NCBI GenBank assembly: GCA_965116735.1
Contig: OZ220712.1
Coordinates: 4,866,534 to 4,930,533, forward strand
Length of the DNA stretch: 64,000 bases
Direction: 5' to 3'
From: Thermodesulfobacteriota bacterium
GTDB lineage: Bacteria; Desulfobacterota; Binatia; UBA9968; JAJDTQ01
The position numbers and the translations under genes were made by a program. The notes below the pieces were generated by a model, which ran no database searches, was not told the DNA's origin, and was given only the letters and a program-made list of their open reading frames with translations. This document shows, piece by piece, positions 39,568 to 48,983 of the stretch. Position 1 is the first letter of the stretch. The number at the start of each line of letters is the position of its first letter.

Positions 39568-40464
39568 ATGAAGATACTGGTGACCGGAGCGACTGGACTG
39601 GTGGGCAGTGCGTTGGTCCCGTTTCTTGCCGGCGGCGGCCATGAAGTGGTGCGCTTGGGCCGGACCGCGCCGGAAGCCAGCGACATCCGCTGGGACCCGG
39701 ACGCCGGGGTGATCGAGACGGGCGCACTGGAGGGATTCGACGGGGTCGTCCACCTGGCCGGCGAAAACATCGCCACCGGGCGCTGGACCGCGGAGAAGAA
39801 GCGCCGCATCAAGGAGAGCCGCGTGAGGGGCACGTCGTTGCTGGCCGCCACGCTGGCGGGTCTCGAACGGCCGCCGCGGGTGCTGGTCTCCGCCTCGGCC
39901 ATCGGCTTCTATGGCGACCGCGGCGAAGAGGATCTCACCGAGGGGAGCGCGGCGGGCTCCGGATTCCTTTCCGAGGTGTGCCGCGAGTGGGAGGCGGCCA
40001 CCGGAGCCGCGGAAGGGAAGGGCATCCGGGTGGCCCATGCCCGGTTGGGCGTCGTGCTCAGCAAGAACGGGGGCGCCCTGGCCAAGATGTTGACCCCCTT
40101 CAGGCTCGGCGCCGGAGGCATCATCGGCAACGGCCGGCAGTATATGAGCTGGATCACCCTGGACGACACCGTGGCCGCCATCGGTCACCTGCTGTCCACC
40201 GAATCGGCGGCGGGGCCCGTGAACGTGGTGGCGCCCGTGCCCGTGACCAACCACGAGTTTACCAAGACTCTCGGCCGCGTGCTGCGGCGTCCCACCCTGT
40301 TCCCGATGCCCGGGTTCGCGGCGCGGCTCGCCTTCGGCGAGATGGCCGACGCGTTGCTGCTGGCCAGCACTCGCGTCAAGCCCGCCGGCCTGCTGGACTC
40401 CGGGTACGCGTTCCGTCACGGCTCCCTGGAAGAAGGTTTGCGCCACGTCCTCGGCGCGCGGTGA
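39568..40464 (+). CDS. TIGR01777-family NAD-dependent epimerase/dehydratase (YfcH-like)
   Basis: MKILVTGATGLVGSAL Rossmann motif and a DUF1731-like C-terminus. Confidence 0.75.
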   Translation: MKILVTGATGLVGSALVPFLAGGGHEVVRLGRTAPEASDIRWDPDAGVIETGALEGFDGVVHLAGENIATGRWTAEKKRRIKESRVRGTSLLAATLAGLERPPRVLVSASAIGFYGDRGEEDLTEGSAAGSGFLSEVCREWEAATGAAEGKGIRVAHARLGVVLSKNGGALAKMLTPFRLGAGGIIGNGRQYMSWITLDDTVAAIGHLLSTESAAGPVNVVAPVPVTNHEFTKTLGRVLRRPTLFPMPGFAARLAFGEMADALLLASTRVKPAGLLDSGYAFRHGSLEEGLRHVLGAR

Positions 40465-41159
40465 TGGATCCGTCCGCGCTCAGTTTCGCCGGCGTCTCGA
40501 AGGTGTACGACGGGGCGGGCTCCGCGGAGCGCTACGCGCTGCGCGACGTCTCCTTCGAGATCGCCTCGGGCCAGACCGCGGCCATCGTCGGCCGCAGCGG
40601 CAGCGGCAAGTCCACGCTGCTGCACCTCGCCGCCGGCATCGACGTGCCCACCCGCGGGTCGGTGGCGGTGCGCGGCACGCCCCTGGAGGGTCTCAACGAG
40701 ACCGCCCGCACCCGGCTCCGCCGGCGCGACATCGGGTTCGTCTTTCAGTTGTTCCACCTCCTTCCACACCTGACGGTGCGGGACAACGTCGCCCTGCCGG
40801 ACCTCATCGCGGGGGTGCGGGAACGGGACTACCGCGAGCGGGTGGCGGCGCTGCTGGAGCGGGTGGACCTTCCCGACCGGGCCGATGACCCGGTGGCCGG
40901 GCTGAGCGGCGGCGAGATGCAGCGGGTCGCCATCTGCCGGGCGCTGCTGCGCCGGCCTCGCCTGTTGCTGGCGGACGAGCCCACCGGCAGCCTGGACGAC
41001 GCCAGCGGCGGGGTGGTGATGGACCTCATGCTGAAAATGGTGGCGGAGGAGGGCGCCACCCTGGTCTACGCCACCCACAGCCGCGAGCTGGCGTCCATGG
41101 CGGACCGCACCCTGCGGCTCCACAGCGGCCTTCTGGAGGAGGCCGACGCCCCCGGGTGA
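40464..41159 (+). CDS. ABC transporter ATP-binding protein (MacB/LolD-type)
   Basis: Walker A GRSGSGKST, the LSGGEMQRVAICRAL signature, and Walker B LLLADEPT. A TGATG overlap links it to the upstream gene. Confidence 0.85.
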   Translation: MDPSALSFAGVSKVYDGAGSAERYALRDVSFEIASGQTAAIVGRSGSGKSTLLHLAAGIDVPTRGSVAVRGTPLEGLNETARTRLRRRDIGFVFQLFHLLPHLTVRDNVALPDLIAGVRERDYRERVAALLERVDLPDRADDPVAGLSGGEMQRVAICRALLRRPRLLLADEPTGSLDDASGGVVMDLMLKMVAEEGATLVYATHSRELASMADRTLRLHSGLLEEADAPG

Positions 41160-43693
41160 ACGCCGGAACGATGGTACGCTACTTCTACAGGACCGTGTCC
41201 GCCCACTGGCGCACCAATCCCGTGCTCTACGCTCTTACCGTCCTCGGCGTGGCCCTGGGGGTGGCCTCGGTCATCAGCATCCGCATCCTCAACCAGAGCG
41301 CAGTGGCTTCATTTGCCGCCGGGGTCCGCACCATCGGCGGCGCGGCGGATATCGTCGTCACCGGCAAGGGCGGCACTCTTCCCGACGCGGCGTACCCGCT
41401 TGTCCGGGGCACGCCTGGGGTAACCGCGGCCTGGCCGGTCTTCGAGACCACGGTAGCGGTGGATGGACGGCCCGGCACGTTCGCGCGGCTTCTGGGTGTG
41501 GACCTGCTGGCGCCCGCCCCGGACCTTTGGGGGGCGTTTTCGGGATTCGCGCCGGGCGCGCCGGCCGCCGCCGGCCGCGGCTGGGCGGCGGCCACCCCGG
41601 AGCTGGCAAGGGTCATGGGATGGGTGCCGGGCGACCGCTTCAAGGTCCGTGACGGCGCCGGCTCGCGACAGCTCCGGTTCGGGGCGTTGATCGACTTCGA
41701 GCGGTGGGGCGCGTCCGGAGAGCGCCAGGCGCTGGTGATGGACATCGCGGACGCCCAGTCCCTGTTCGGCGGCGCCGGGACCCTCCACCGCATCGGCGTG
41801 GCGGCGGCCGAGGGCGCCGATCTTCCGGCGCTGGCGGCCCGAATCGAGGACAGGCTCGACGGCCGGGCGGACGCGGTGACACCGTCGGAGCGCACCGGCC
41901 AGGCGCGGGAGCTCCTCGGGGCGTTCCGGTTGAACCTTACCGCCATGAGCCTGGTGAGCCTCCTGGTGGGGACGTTCCTTGTGTTCAGCAGCATGCGCGC
42001 CTGTCTGGTGTGGCAGCGCAGGGAGTTCGGGGTGCTGCGGTCCTTGGGTTCAACCCCGGGCCAGGTCCTGGCGCTGATCCTGGGAGAGGCCGCGTTGCTC
42101 GGGGTCATGGGAGTGGGCATCGGCATTCTTGCGGGCTACTGGACCGCGGTCTGGAACCTGGAGGCGGTGAGTTCCACCCTGACCAACGTCTACATGCTCC
42201 GGGAGATCGAGTCGTTGGAGCTCTCGGGCGGCACCCTGGCGCTGGCCGTGTTCGCGGGCCTGGGGGGCGCTCTGAGCGGCACCTTGCTGCCTGCCCTGGA
42301 CGTGTGGCGAAGGGACACGCGGACGCTGCTCGATACCTTGCCGGCCCAGTCGGCGGGAACGGCCGGCACTCGCGTGCTCTTCCGTCTCGGCCTCGTGCTC
42401 GTCGCCGGGGCGCTGGCGTGGTACTGGCTGATCGGCTGGCGCTGGCGGCTCACGGGCTTCGTCCTTTCCACCGCCGTGATGCTGTGTCTGCCGCTGTTGA
42501 CCCCTTGGCTGGTGCAGCGTCTTACCGCGTGGATCCGGGTCCCGGACTTCGGCTTCCGGTATGGGGTCCGGAGCCTCGGGGCGACCCTGGCCAACACCTC
42601 GTTCTCGGTATCGTCCCTGGCCATGGCCGTGTGCCTGCTGGTGGGCATCACCCTGCTGGTGGAGAGTTTCCGCGAGACCCTGGTGCGCTGGGTGGACCGT
42701 TCACTCACCGCCGACGTCTTCGTGACCGCGACCGTCGGAGCGCGGCCCGGGCCGGACGCGACCCTGAGCGCGCAACTCGTGGAGCGGCTGGCGAGCAGGC
42801 CCGACGTGGAGGGAGTCGGTCCGCTGCGCCGCCTGTTCCTGGACGTGGAGGGCCGGCGCGTGGCGGTGGTGGGCGTAGACCTCAACCGTCCGGCGGCGCG
42901 GCAGCGCCTGGCGCTTCTGTCGGGCGGGGATGGCGCGGAGCGCGCGATGCGGGAGCGCGGCATCCTCATCGGCGAGCCGCTGTCCTCGAGCGCGTCGGTC
43001 ACGGTGGGGGATACGATAGAGATCGCAGGGGCGCAGGGACCGGTGCGCCTGCCGGTGTCGGGGATCTACCGGGACTACACGCAGGGCGGCTCGGTCACCA
43101 TGGATCTCGGCCTCATGGCGGAAACGTTGGGTCCCGGTGACCTCACCAGCATCGCGCTTCAACTGAGGCTGGGCGCGGACCCGGAAGCGGTGGCGGCGGG
43201 CATCGAAAGCCGGCATCCGGGCGGCTCCCTGCGAGTGCGTAGCAACCGCCACCTGAAGGAGGACATTCTCCGCGTCTTCGACCAGACCTTCGCGGTGACC
43301 CGGATCCTCCAGGTCATGAGCCTGATCATCGCGGCCTGCGCCATCACCCTGACGCTCCTGGTGGTGGCGCAGGAGAAGGCGAGCGAGATCGCCCTGTACC
43401 GCACGCTGGGCGCCTTTCGCAGGCAGGTGTTCTTGCTGTTCGTCAGCAAGGGGACCGCCATGGCATTCCTGGGTCTGGTGCTGGGCTTCGCCGGCGGCAT
43501 CGGCCTCGGTGCGATCCTGATCTTCGTCATCCAGAAGAGCTACTTCGGCTGGAGCATCGAGTGGGCCTGGCCGTGGTGGCCGCTGGCCGGAGAGGCCCTC
43601 GCCATCGTATGCGCCGCGGTGCTGGCGAGCCTCTACCCGGCGTTCAAGGCCAGCCGAACACCGGCCAACGAGCTGTGCCATGCGGATGCGTGA
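41156..43693 (+). CDS. ABC transporter permease with duplicated FtsX domains
   Basis: The 845-aa product has two MacB-like periplasmic plus FtsX 4-TM modules. Confidence 0.8.
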   Translation: MNAGTMVRYFYRTVSAHWRTNPVLYALTVLGVALGVASVISIRILNQSAVASFAAGVRTIGGAADIVVTGKGGTLPDAAYPLVRGTPGVTAAWPVFETTVAVDGRPGTFARLLGVDLLAPAPDLWGAFSGFAPGAPAAAGRGWAAATPELARVMGWVPGDRFKVRDGAGSRQLRFGALIDFERWGASGERQALVMDIADAQSLFGGAGTLHRIGVAAAEGADLPALAARIEDRLDGRADAVTPSERTGQARELLGAFRLNLTAMSLVSLLVGTFLVFSSMRACLVWQRREFGVLRSLGSTPGQVLALILGEAALLGVMGVGIGILAGYWTAVWNLEAVSSTLTNVYMLREIESLELSGGTLALAVFAGLGGALSGTLLPALDVWRRDTRTLLDTLPAQSAGTAGTRVLFRLGLVLVAGALAWYWLIGWRWRLTGFVLSTAVMLCLPLLTPWLVQRLTAWIRVPDFGFRYGVRSLGATLANTSFSVSSLAMAVCLLVGITLLVESFRETLVRWVDRSLTADVFVTATVGARPGPDATLSAQLVERLASRPDVEGVGPLRRLFLDVEGRRVAVVGVDLNRPAARQRLALLSGGDGAERAMRERGILIGEPLSSSASVTVGDTIEIAGAQGPVRLPVSGIYRDYTQGGSVTMDLGLMAETLGPGDLTSIALQLRLGADPEAVAAGIESRHPGGSLRVRSNRHLKEDILRVFDQTFAVTRILQVMSLIIAACAITLTLLVVAQEKASEIALYRTLGAFRRQVFLLFVSKGTAMAFLGLVLGFAGGIGLGAILIFVIQKSYFGWSIEWAWPWWPLAGEALAIVCAAVLASLYPAFKASRTPANELCHADA

Positions 43694-44813
43694 GAAGATG
43701 GCATGTGTCCTGGCGCTGGCCGCGGCGGTGCTTTGGCCCGGGATCGCTCCCCACGCCTGGACCCCGGCTCAACCCGGCTACGAGTGGTCGTTTCCCCGGG
43801 ATCACTGGGCGCGCGGCGGCTACAAGACCGAGTGGTGGTACTTCACGGGACATCTCCGCACCGCGGGAGAATCCGCCCGTCTCTTGGGCTACCAGTTCAC
43901 TTTCTTCAGGATCGGCGTGTCGGAAGACGCCCGTAGTGGCGGTTCCGCCTGGGCCGCCAACGACATCATCATGGGTCACGCCGCCCTTACCGACCTGGAA
44001 ACCGGCCGGCACCGCTTCAGCGAGCTGGTGGCGCGGGCCGCGCCCCTGCTGGCCGGCTTCGGCCGCCATCCGGACCCGCGCATCGCCTGGAGCGTCGGTC
44101 CTCCGGGCACGCCCGACGAATGGCAGCTCCGCTGGAACGGCGACGGTTTCGACTTCATCATGTCGGACGCCGGGAAGTCCTTCGGCTTCCAGCTTTCCAC
44201 CCGCCCGCTCAAGCCCGTGGTGTTCCAGGGTCCCGGCGGCCTGAGCCGCAAAGGGGAGGGCGCCACCGAGGCCAGCCACTACTACAGCTTCACCCGCATG
44301 GCCACCACCGGCACGGTCCGCCTGGAAGGAAAGGAGTGGGAGGTCAGCGGCACGAGCTGGATGGACAAGGAGTTCGGCTCCAACCAGCTCGGCGAGGAGA
44401 CCGAAGGGTGGGACTGGTTCAGCCTCCAGCTCGACGACGGCCGCGAGGTCATGCTCTACGTCCTCCGAAACCGCGACGGCGGCACGCGCTACGCCGGCGC
44501 TACGCTGGTGGACCCTGAGGGCGGCGTGCGCTATCTCCGTCCGGGCGAGTGGGAGTTGAACACGACCGGTCGATGGAACAGCCCTGCCACGGGCGCACCT
44601 TATCCCGCCCGCTGGACTCTCGATATCCCGTCCGCCAGCATCCGCACGGTCATCACCCGCAAGGTCGCGGATCAGGAGAACCGTAGCGTGCTGATCCCGA
44701 ACCTGTTCTACTGGGAAGGTTCCGTCCAAGTGGAGTCCAGGGAAGGGGAGAAAATCGGACAGGGCTACGTGGAGTTGACGGGGTATGGCGAGGATAGCCG
44801 ACCGCCGATTTGA
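43680..44813 (+). CDS. AttH/CrtC-like lipocalin-fold lipoprotein associated with the ABC system
   Basis: Signal peptide plus a hydroxyneurosporene-synthase/AttH-like beta-rich domain. It is encoded directly after the ABC ATPase and permease, matching the attEFGH arrangement. Confidence 0.6.
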   Translation: MRMREKMACVLALAAAVLWPGIAPHAWTPAQPGYEWSFPRDHWARGGYKTEWWYFTGHLRTAGESARLLGYQFTFFRIGVSEDARSGGSAWAANDIIMGHAALTDLETGRHRFSELVARAAPLLAGFGRHPDPRIAWSVGPPGTPDEWQLRWNGDGFDFIMSDAGKSFGFQLSTRPLKPVVFQGPGGLSRKGEGATEASHYYSFTRMATTGTVRLEGKEWEVSGTSWMDKEFGSNQLGEETEGWDWFSLQLDDGREVMLYVLRNRDGGTRYAGATLVDPEGGVRYLRPGEWELNTTGRWNSPATGAPYPARWTLDIPSASIRTVITRKVADQENRSVLIPNLFYWEGSVQVESREGEKIGQGYVELTGYGEDSRPPI

Positions 44814-44942
44814 AATACGTGCCTTCGAAACCGGAAAAGAAGGAGCTTGTGCATCGCGTCGTAACGGTGGCACGCGAGGTGCAACGAGAACCCTCACCGG
44901 TGGCACTGTACGGCCGTCCGCGGTCCGGGCTCAAGGCCGCCG

Positions 44943-45086
44943 GTGGTTGAGCAGCAAGTGATCGTTGGTGTCTTGGACGACATGGACGCCGAAATCACTG
45001 CACTGGAAGCTAGGCTCTCCAAGGCCCGCCAGATCAAGCAGGGCATGATGCAGGAACTGCTCGCCGGAAGGACTCGGCTTGTATGA
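44943..45086 (+). pseudogene. hsdS: type I R-M specificity subunit (hsdS) C-terminal remnant
   Basis: Translation ...LEARLSKARQIKQGMMQELLAGRTRLV* matches the conserved HsdS C-terminal coiled-coil tail. There is no upstream target-recognition domain or hsdM. Confidence 0.5.
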
Positions 45087-46513
45087 AAGAAGCCCAGCAC
45101 ACCGAATGGAAACAGAGTTGGCGCGACGAGTATCTGCGTTGGATCTGCGGCTTTGCCAATGCCGAGGGAGGTGTGCTGATCATCGGGCGCAATGATAGGG
45201 GAGTTGCGGTCGGCGTGAATAATGCCAGGAGGCTACTGGAGGAACTGCCCAACAAGGTACGCGATCTCCTCGGCATCGTGGTCGCTGTCAACTTGGTGAT
45301 GGAAGCGGGCAAGGAGTTGGTTGAAATCCGCGTCGAGCCCTATCCGAGTCCGATCAGTTACAAAGGCGAATACCACTATCGCAGCGGCAGCACCAAGCAG
45401 GTACTGAAGGGAGCAGCGCTCCAGCGTTTCCTGATGCGCAGGCAAGGGCGGCATTGGGATGACGCGCCTGTGCCTGGGTTCGACGCCGCGGATTGCAGCC
45501 AGGACGCATTCCGATTGTTCAGGACCAGGGCCATGGAAAGCAGGCGCGTCAGTGAAGAGGCGCTAAGGGACGAGAATGAGTCCTTGCTGGAAAGCCTGCA
45601 ACTCAGAGACGGGCAGTACTTCAAACGGGCGGCGACCCTGCTCTTCTCCGAGAACCCGGAACGCCATGTCAGCGGCGCCTACATCAAGATCGGTTTCTTC
45701 ATCACTGATGACGATTTGCGGTATCAGGACGAGATCCACGGCAACCTTTTCATGCAGGCTGAGAAAACGCTCGATCTCATGTTCTCCAAGTACCTGAAGG
45801 CGTACATCAGCTATGAAGGTCTCCAGCGGCTGGAGAAGTTCCTCTTCCCTTATCCGGCCGTGCGTGAAGCGCTGCTCAATGCCGTGGTCCATAAAGACTA
45901 CAGCAGCGGTATACCGATCCAGGTCAGTGTGTACGATGACAAGATAGTGCTGTGGAATTCCGGGCAGTTACCGCAGGATTGGACACTTGAACGACTCCTG
46001 GGCAAACATCCTTCAGCTCCCTACAACCCGCTCATCGCCGGTGCCTTCTTTCGCGCCGGCTACATTGAAGCCTGGGGTCGCGGCATCGAGAAGATCAATC
46101 GCGAGTGCCGCGAGCATGGCATTGATCCGCCCCTTTATGACAGCGGCATGTCCGGTTTGATGGTGACCTTCCGTGCCAACCCTCAGCACTTGGTTGCAGC
46201 GCTCGGTGAGGCTGGGGCAAACCGGATCTTGGAAGGCGGGGTCGGAGAAAAGGTCGGAGAAAAGGTCGGAGAAAAGGTCGGAGAAAAGGTCGGAGAAAAG
46301 GTCGGAGAAAAGGTCGGAGATAAACTGACACCCAACCAGCAGCAGATTCTGGACCTGCTGAGGCAGCATCCTCACATGTCGGCAATCGAGCTGGCACAGC
46401 AGATTGGGATTTCCAGCCGAAAGACAGAGCAGAACATCGCCAGACTGAAGGAACTGCGACTCCTCGAGCGTATCGGGCCCGCCAGAGGCGGCCACTGGGA
46501 GGTGTTGCAGTGA
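45083..46513 (+). CDS. AlbA_2 (Schlafen-like) / HATPase_c_4 / C-terminal wHTH protein of R-M loci
   Basis: The 476-aa product has the N-terminal EWKQSW..E....ICGFANAEGGVLIIG divergent-AAA/AlbA_2 motif and a C-terminal HTH (LTPNQQQILDLL..HPHMSAIELAQQIGISSRKTEQNIARLKE). It is embedded between the hsdS and hsdR remnants. Confidence 0.7.
   Translation: MKEAQHTEWKQSWRDEYLRWICGFANAEGGVLIIGRNDRGVAVGVNNARRLLEELPNKVRDLLGIVVAVNLVMEAGKELVEIRVEPYPSPISYKGEYHYRSGSTKQVLKGAALQRFLMRRQGRHWDDAPVPGFDAADCSQDAFRLFRTRAMESRRVSEEALRDENESLLESLQLRDGQYFKRAATLLFSENPERHVSGAYIKIGFFITDDDLRYQDEIHGNLFMQAEKTLDLMFSKYLKAYISYEGLQRLEKFLFPYPAVREALLNAVVHKDYSSGIPIQVSVYDDKIVLWNSGQLPQDWTLERLLGKHPSAPYNPLIAGAFFRAGYIEAWGRGIEKINRECREHGIDPPLYDSGMSGLMVTFRANPQHLVAALGEAGANRILEGGVGEKVGEKVGEKVGEKVGEKVGEKVGDKLTPNQQQILDLLRQHPHMSAIELAQQIGISSRKTEQNIARLKELRLLERIGPARGGHWEVLQ
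46241..46324 (+). repeat. 12-bp tandem repeat (gtcggagaaaag) x6 + 1 degenerate, in-frame (VGEK)n
   Basis: Six perfect copies plus one variant copy lie inside the AlbA_2 gene, encoding GVGEKVGEKVGEKVGEKVGEKVGEKVGDK. Confidence 0.9.
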
Positions 46514-46822
46514 GCAGCGTGGGCCAACCCGAGCGCGTGACCCAGAACCGAGTGATCGCCCTGTTCCGCGGTTCAGTTCATTTTCGCAGGCAACGATTCC
46601 GAGGGGTTGCGGTACGGCGCCATCGGGACGCCGGAAAAGTTCTTCCTCAAGTGGAAGGAGGACGAGGACGACAACAGCCGGCTCAAGCTCGGCAAGTACC
46701 TGCTCAAGATGTGCCGCAAGGACCGGCTGATCGAGTTGATGCACGACTTCGTGCTGAAAGAAGGAGGGAGGGCATGTCATGGACAAGCATGTGATCGATC
46801 CGCAGGTCTACGACCTGTATGA
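46510..46822 (+). pseudogene. hsdR: type I restriction endonuclease subunit R (hsdR) fragments
   Basis: The GTG start overlaps the AlbA_2 stop (GTGA). Frame 1 gives MSSVGQPERVTQNRVIALFRG, an HsdR N-terminus. Frame 2 gives VQFIFAGNDSEGLRYGAIGTPEKFFLKWKED...RLIELMHDFVL, the motif block that follows the HsdR nuclease domain. The frames are not contiguous and the helicase domains are absent. Confidence 0.5.
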
Positions 46823-47663
46823 CGAGTACTGCCACAGCAACATGGAGCGCCGAGAGTTCCTCCGACGCGCGGCCGCCCTCGTCGTTGTCGGCGGGTCGGC
46901 GCTGGCGATGGCGGAGGCGATGCTGCCGCGCTACGTAAGGGCGCAGACGATTTCCTTTACCGACAAGCGCATCAAGGCGCGCTATGTCACGCACGATTCG
47001 CCCGGCGGCAACTCCGGAAAGATGCGCGGCTACCTGGTGCAGCCGGCCGGGGCGGGCCCTTTTCCCGCCGTTCTCGTCATTCACGAGAACCGGGGGCTGA
47101 ACCCGCATATCGAAGATGTCGCCCGGCGCGCGGCGGTGGCCGGGTTTCTCGCCCTGGCCCCGGACGGTCTCTCGCCCATCGGCGGCTATCCCGGCAATGA
47201 CGATGACGGCAAGAAGATGCAGAGGAGCCTCGACCGCGGCAAGCTGCGCACGGACCTCCTCAACAGCGCCCGGTATCTCAAGGCCCACGAGCTATCCAAC
47301 GGGAAGCTGGGCGCCACCGGCTTCTGCTTCGGCGGCGGCGTGGTCAATTACCTCGCGGTGCAGATGGGAAGCGATCTGAGTGCCGGCGTGCCGTTCTACG
47401 GCTCCGCCCCGAAGTCGGCCGACGATGTCGCCAAGATCAAGGCCGCGCTGCTTATCCAGTACGCGGAGAACGATCCGCGCATCAACAAGCGGGCTCCGGC
47501 CTATCACGCCGCGCTGGAGGCCAACGGCGTGGCATACGAGGCGCATACCTATCCGGGAACGCGTCACGGCTTTCACAACAATTCGACGCCGCGCTACGAC
47601 GAAGCCGCCGCCAAGCTGGCATGGGAGCGGACGGTGGCCTTCTTCAAGAAGCACCTGTCGTAG
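46779..47663 (+). CDS. dienelactone hydrolase-family protein with Tat signal
   Basis: RREFLRRAAALVVVGGSALA is a twin-arginine signal. The DLH fold has the GFCFGGG nucleophile motif. Confidence 0.8.
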   Translation: MDKHVIDPQVYDLYDEYCHSNMERREFLRRAAALVVVGGSALAMAEAMLPRYVRAQTISFTDKRIKARYVTHDSPGGNSGKMRGYLVQPAGAGPFPAVLVIHENRGLNPHIEDVARRAAVAGFLALAPDGLSPIGGYPGNDDDGKKMQRSLDRGKLRTDLLNSARYLKAHELSNGKLGATGFCFGGGVVNYLAVQMGSDLSAGVPFYGSAPKSADDVAKIKAALLIQYAENDPRINKRAPAYHAALEANGVAYEAHTYPGTRHGFHNNSTPRYDEAAAKLAWERTVAFFKKHLS

Positions 47664-47747
47664 TCGAGCGGACCAACGTTGTGCGTAGGGGAAACCGGCG
47701 GTCTTGCGGCCGCCGGTTTCGTTCTTGAAGGGCTATACCGCGGGCCT

Positions 47748-48983
47748 CTACTCCGCCTGCAACGCCACGATGGGATCCACGCGGGCCGCGTGCCGGGCCG
47801 GCTGGAGGCCGAAGAAGATGCCGGCGAGGGACGAGACGGCGATGCCGCTGGCCGCGGCGGCGGCGGAGAGCGAGAAATCCCATTCCGTGAGCGCGCAGAT
47901 GGCCCAGGTGAACGCGGAACCGGCCGCGACGCCGAGGAGGCCGCCGGTCACGCAGAGCAGCACGGACTCCACCAGGAACTGATTGCGGATGTCGCTCCGG
48001 CGGGCTCCCATGGCGCGCCGGATGCCGATTTCCCGGCGCCGCTCGGCCACCGACACCAGCATGGTGTTCATCACGCCGATGCCGCCCACTACAAGGGAGA
48101 TGCCGCCGATGGCGGCGAGCAGCAGCGTCATGAGCCGCATCTGCGATTCGACCTGCTCGATGAGCTCCTTGGCGCTTGCGACGTCGAGCTTCAGACGCGG
48201 CGCTCTCGTGCGGAACCACGACCGCACGGCGCGGGTTGCCGCCGCATGGTGGACGCCGGCGCGGGTGCGGGCGATGACCAGACGGACCTCCGGCCTGTCG
48301 CCGAGGCGTCGCGCGGTGGTGATGGGAATGAACACGGAGCGGTTCGCATCGAGATGGAACGACAGCGCGTAGTGGTCCACGGCGTCCCGCAGCACGCCGG
48401 CCACGGTGAAGGGAAGGCCGGCGGCCACGATGGGCTCGCCCACGACTCGCCGGGCGCCCGCGCGGCGCATGGCGCGGGCCACCTCCGCGCCCACTACGGC
48501 GAAATACCGGTGGTCGTCGAAGTCGGAAATGAACCGGCCACGGTCGAGCCGGAGGTCGTTGACGTCCGCGAACGCCGCCGTAACCCCCTGGAGAGTGACG
48601 TGGCCCACGCGCCTCCCGGCGTACCTGACGGCCCGGCCGGAGGTGATTCTGGGCGCGGCGGCTACGATGGAGGGAACCTCCTCCGCGAGCTGCATGGCGT
48701 CCGAGAGCGCGATGCCGCGCCCGTCGTCGCCGGATGGTGCAATGGCGAGGATGTCGGTGCCCAGGGACTCCAACTCGGCCCGCGACTTGGCCTTGGCGAT
48801 ATCGCCCAACGAGATCATGGTGATCACCGACGCGATGCCCACGGCGACGCCAACGAGCGCCAGCACGGTGCGCATCCTCGTCCTGGAGAGGCTTTGCGCC
48901 GCCTCGCGCGCATCGGTTCTCAGGAGTGCGAAGGCTCTTCCCATGGCGTTGCGGACCCGCTTCCATTTCCATTTCCGGGCCAT
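47748..48983 (-). CDS. MacB-like ABC transporter permease (FtsX family)
   Basis: The 411-aa product has an N-terminal TM, a periplasmic domain, and a C-terminal FtsX 3-TM bundle. Confidence 0.8.
   Translation of the reverse strand: MARKWKWKRVRNAMGRAFALLRTDAREAAQSLSRTRMRTVLALVGVAVGIASVITMISLGDIAKAKSRAELESLGTDILAIAPSGDDGRGIALSDAMQLAEEVPSIVAAAPRITSGRAVRYAGRRVGHVTLQGVTAAFADVNDLRLDRGRFISDFDDHRYFAVVGAEVARAMRRAGARRVVGEPIVAAGLPFTVAGVLRDAVDHYALSFHLDANRSVFIPITTARRLGDRPEVRLVIARTRAGVHHAAATRAVRSWFRTRAPRLKLDVASAKELIEQVESQMRLMTLLLAAIGGISLVVGGIGVMNTMLVSVAERRREIGIRRAMGARRSDIRNQFLVESVLLCVTGGLLGVAAGSAFTWAICALTEWDFSLSAAAAASGIAVSSLAGIFFGLQPARHAARVDPIVALQAE

Noticed and set aside
46241-46324. Possible CRISPR array (regular short repeats)
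   Set aside because: These are 12-bp perfect tandem units with no spacers, located inside a coding sequence. It is a microsatellite/VNTR, not CRISPR.
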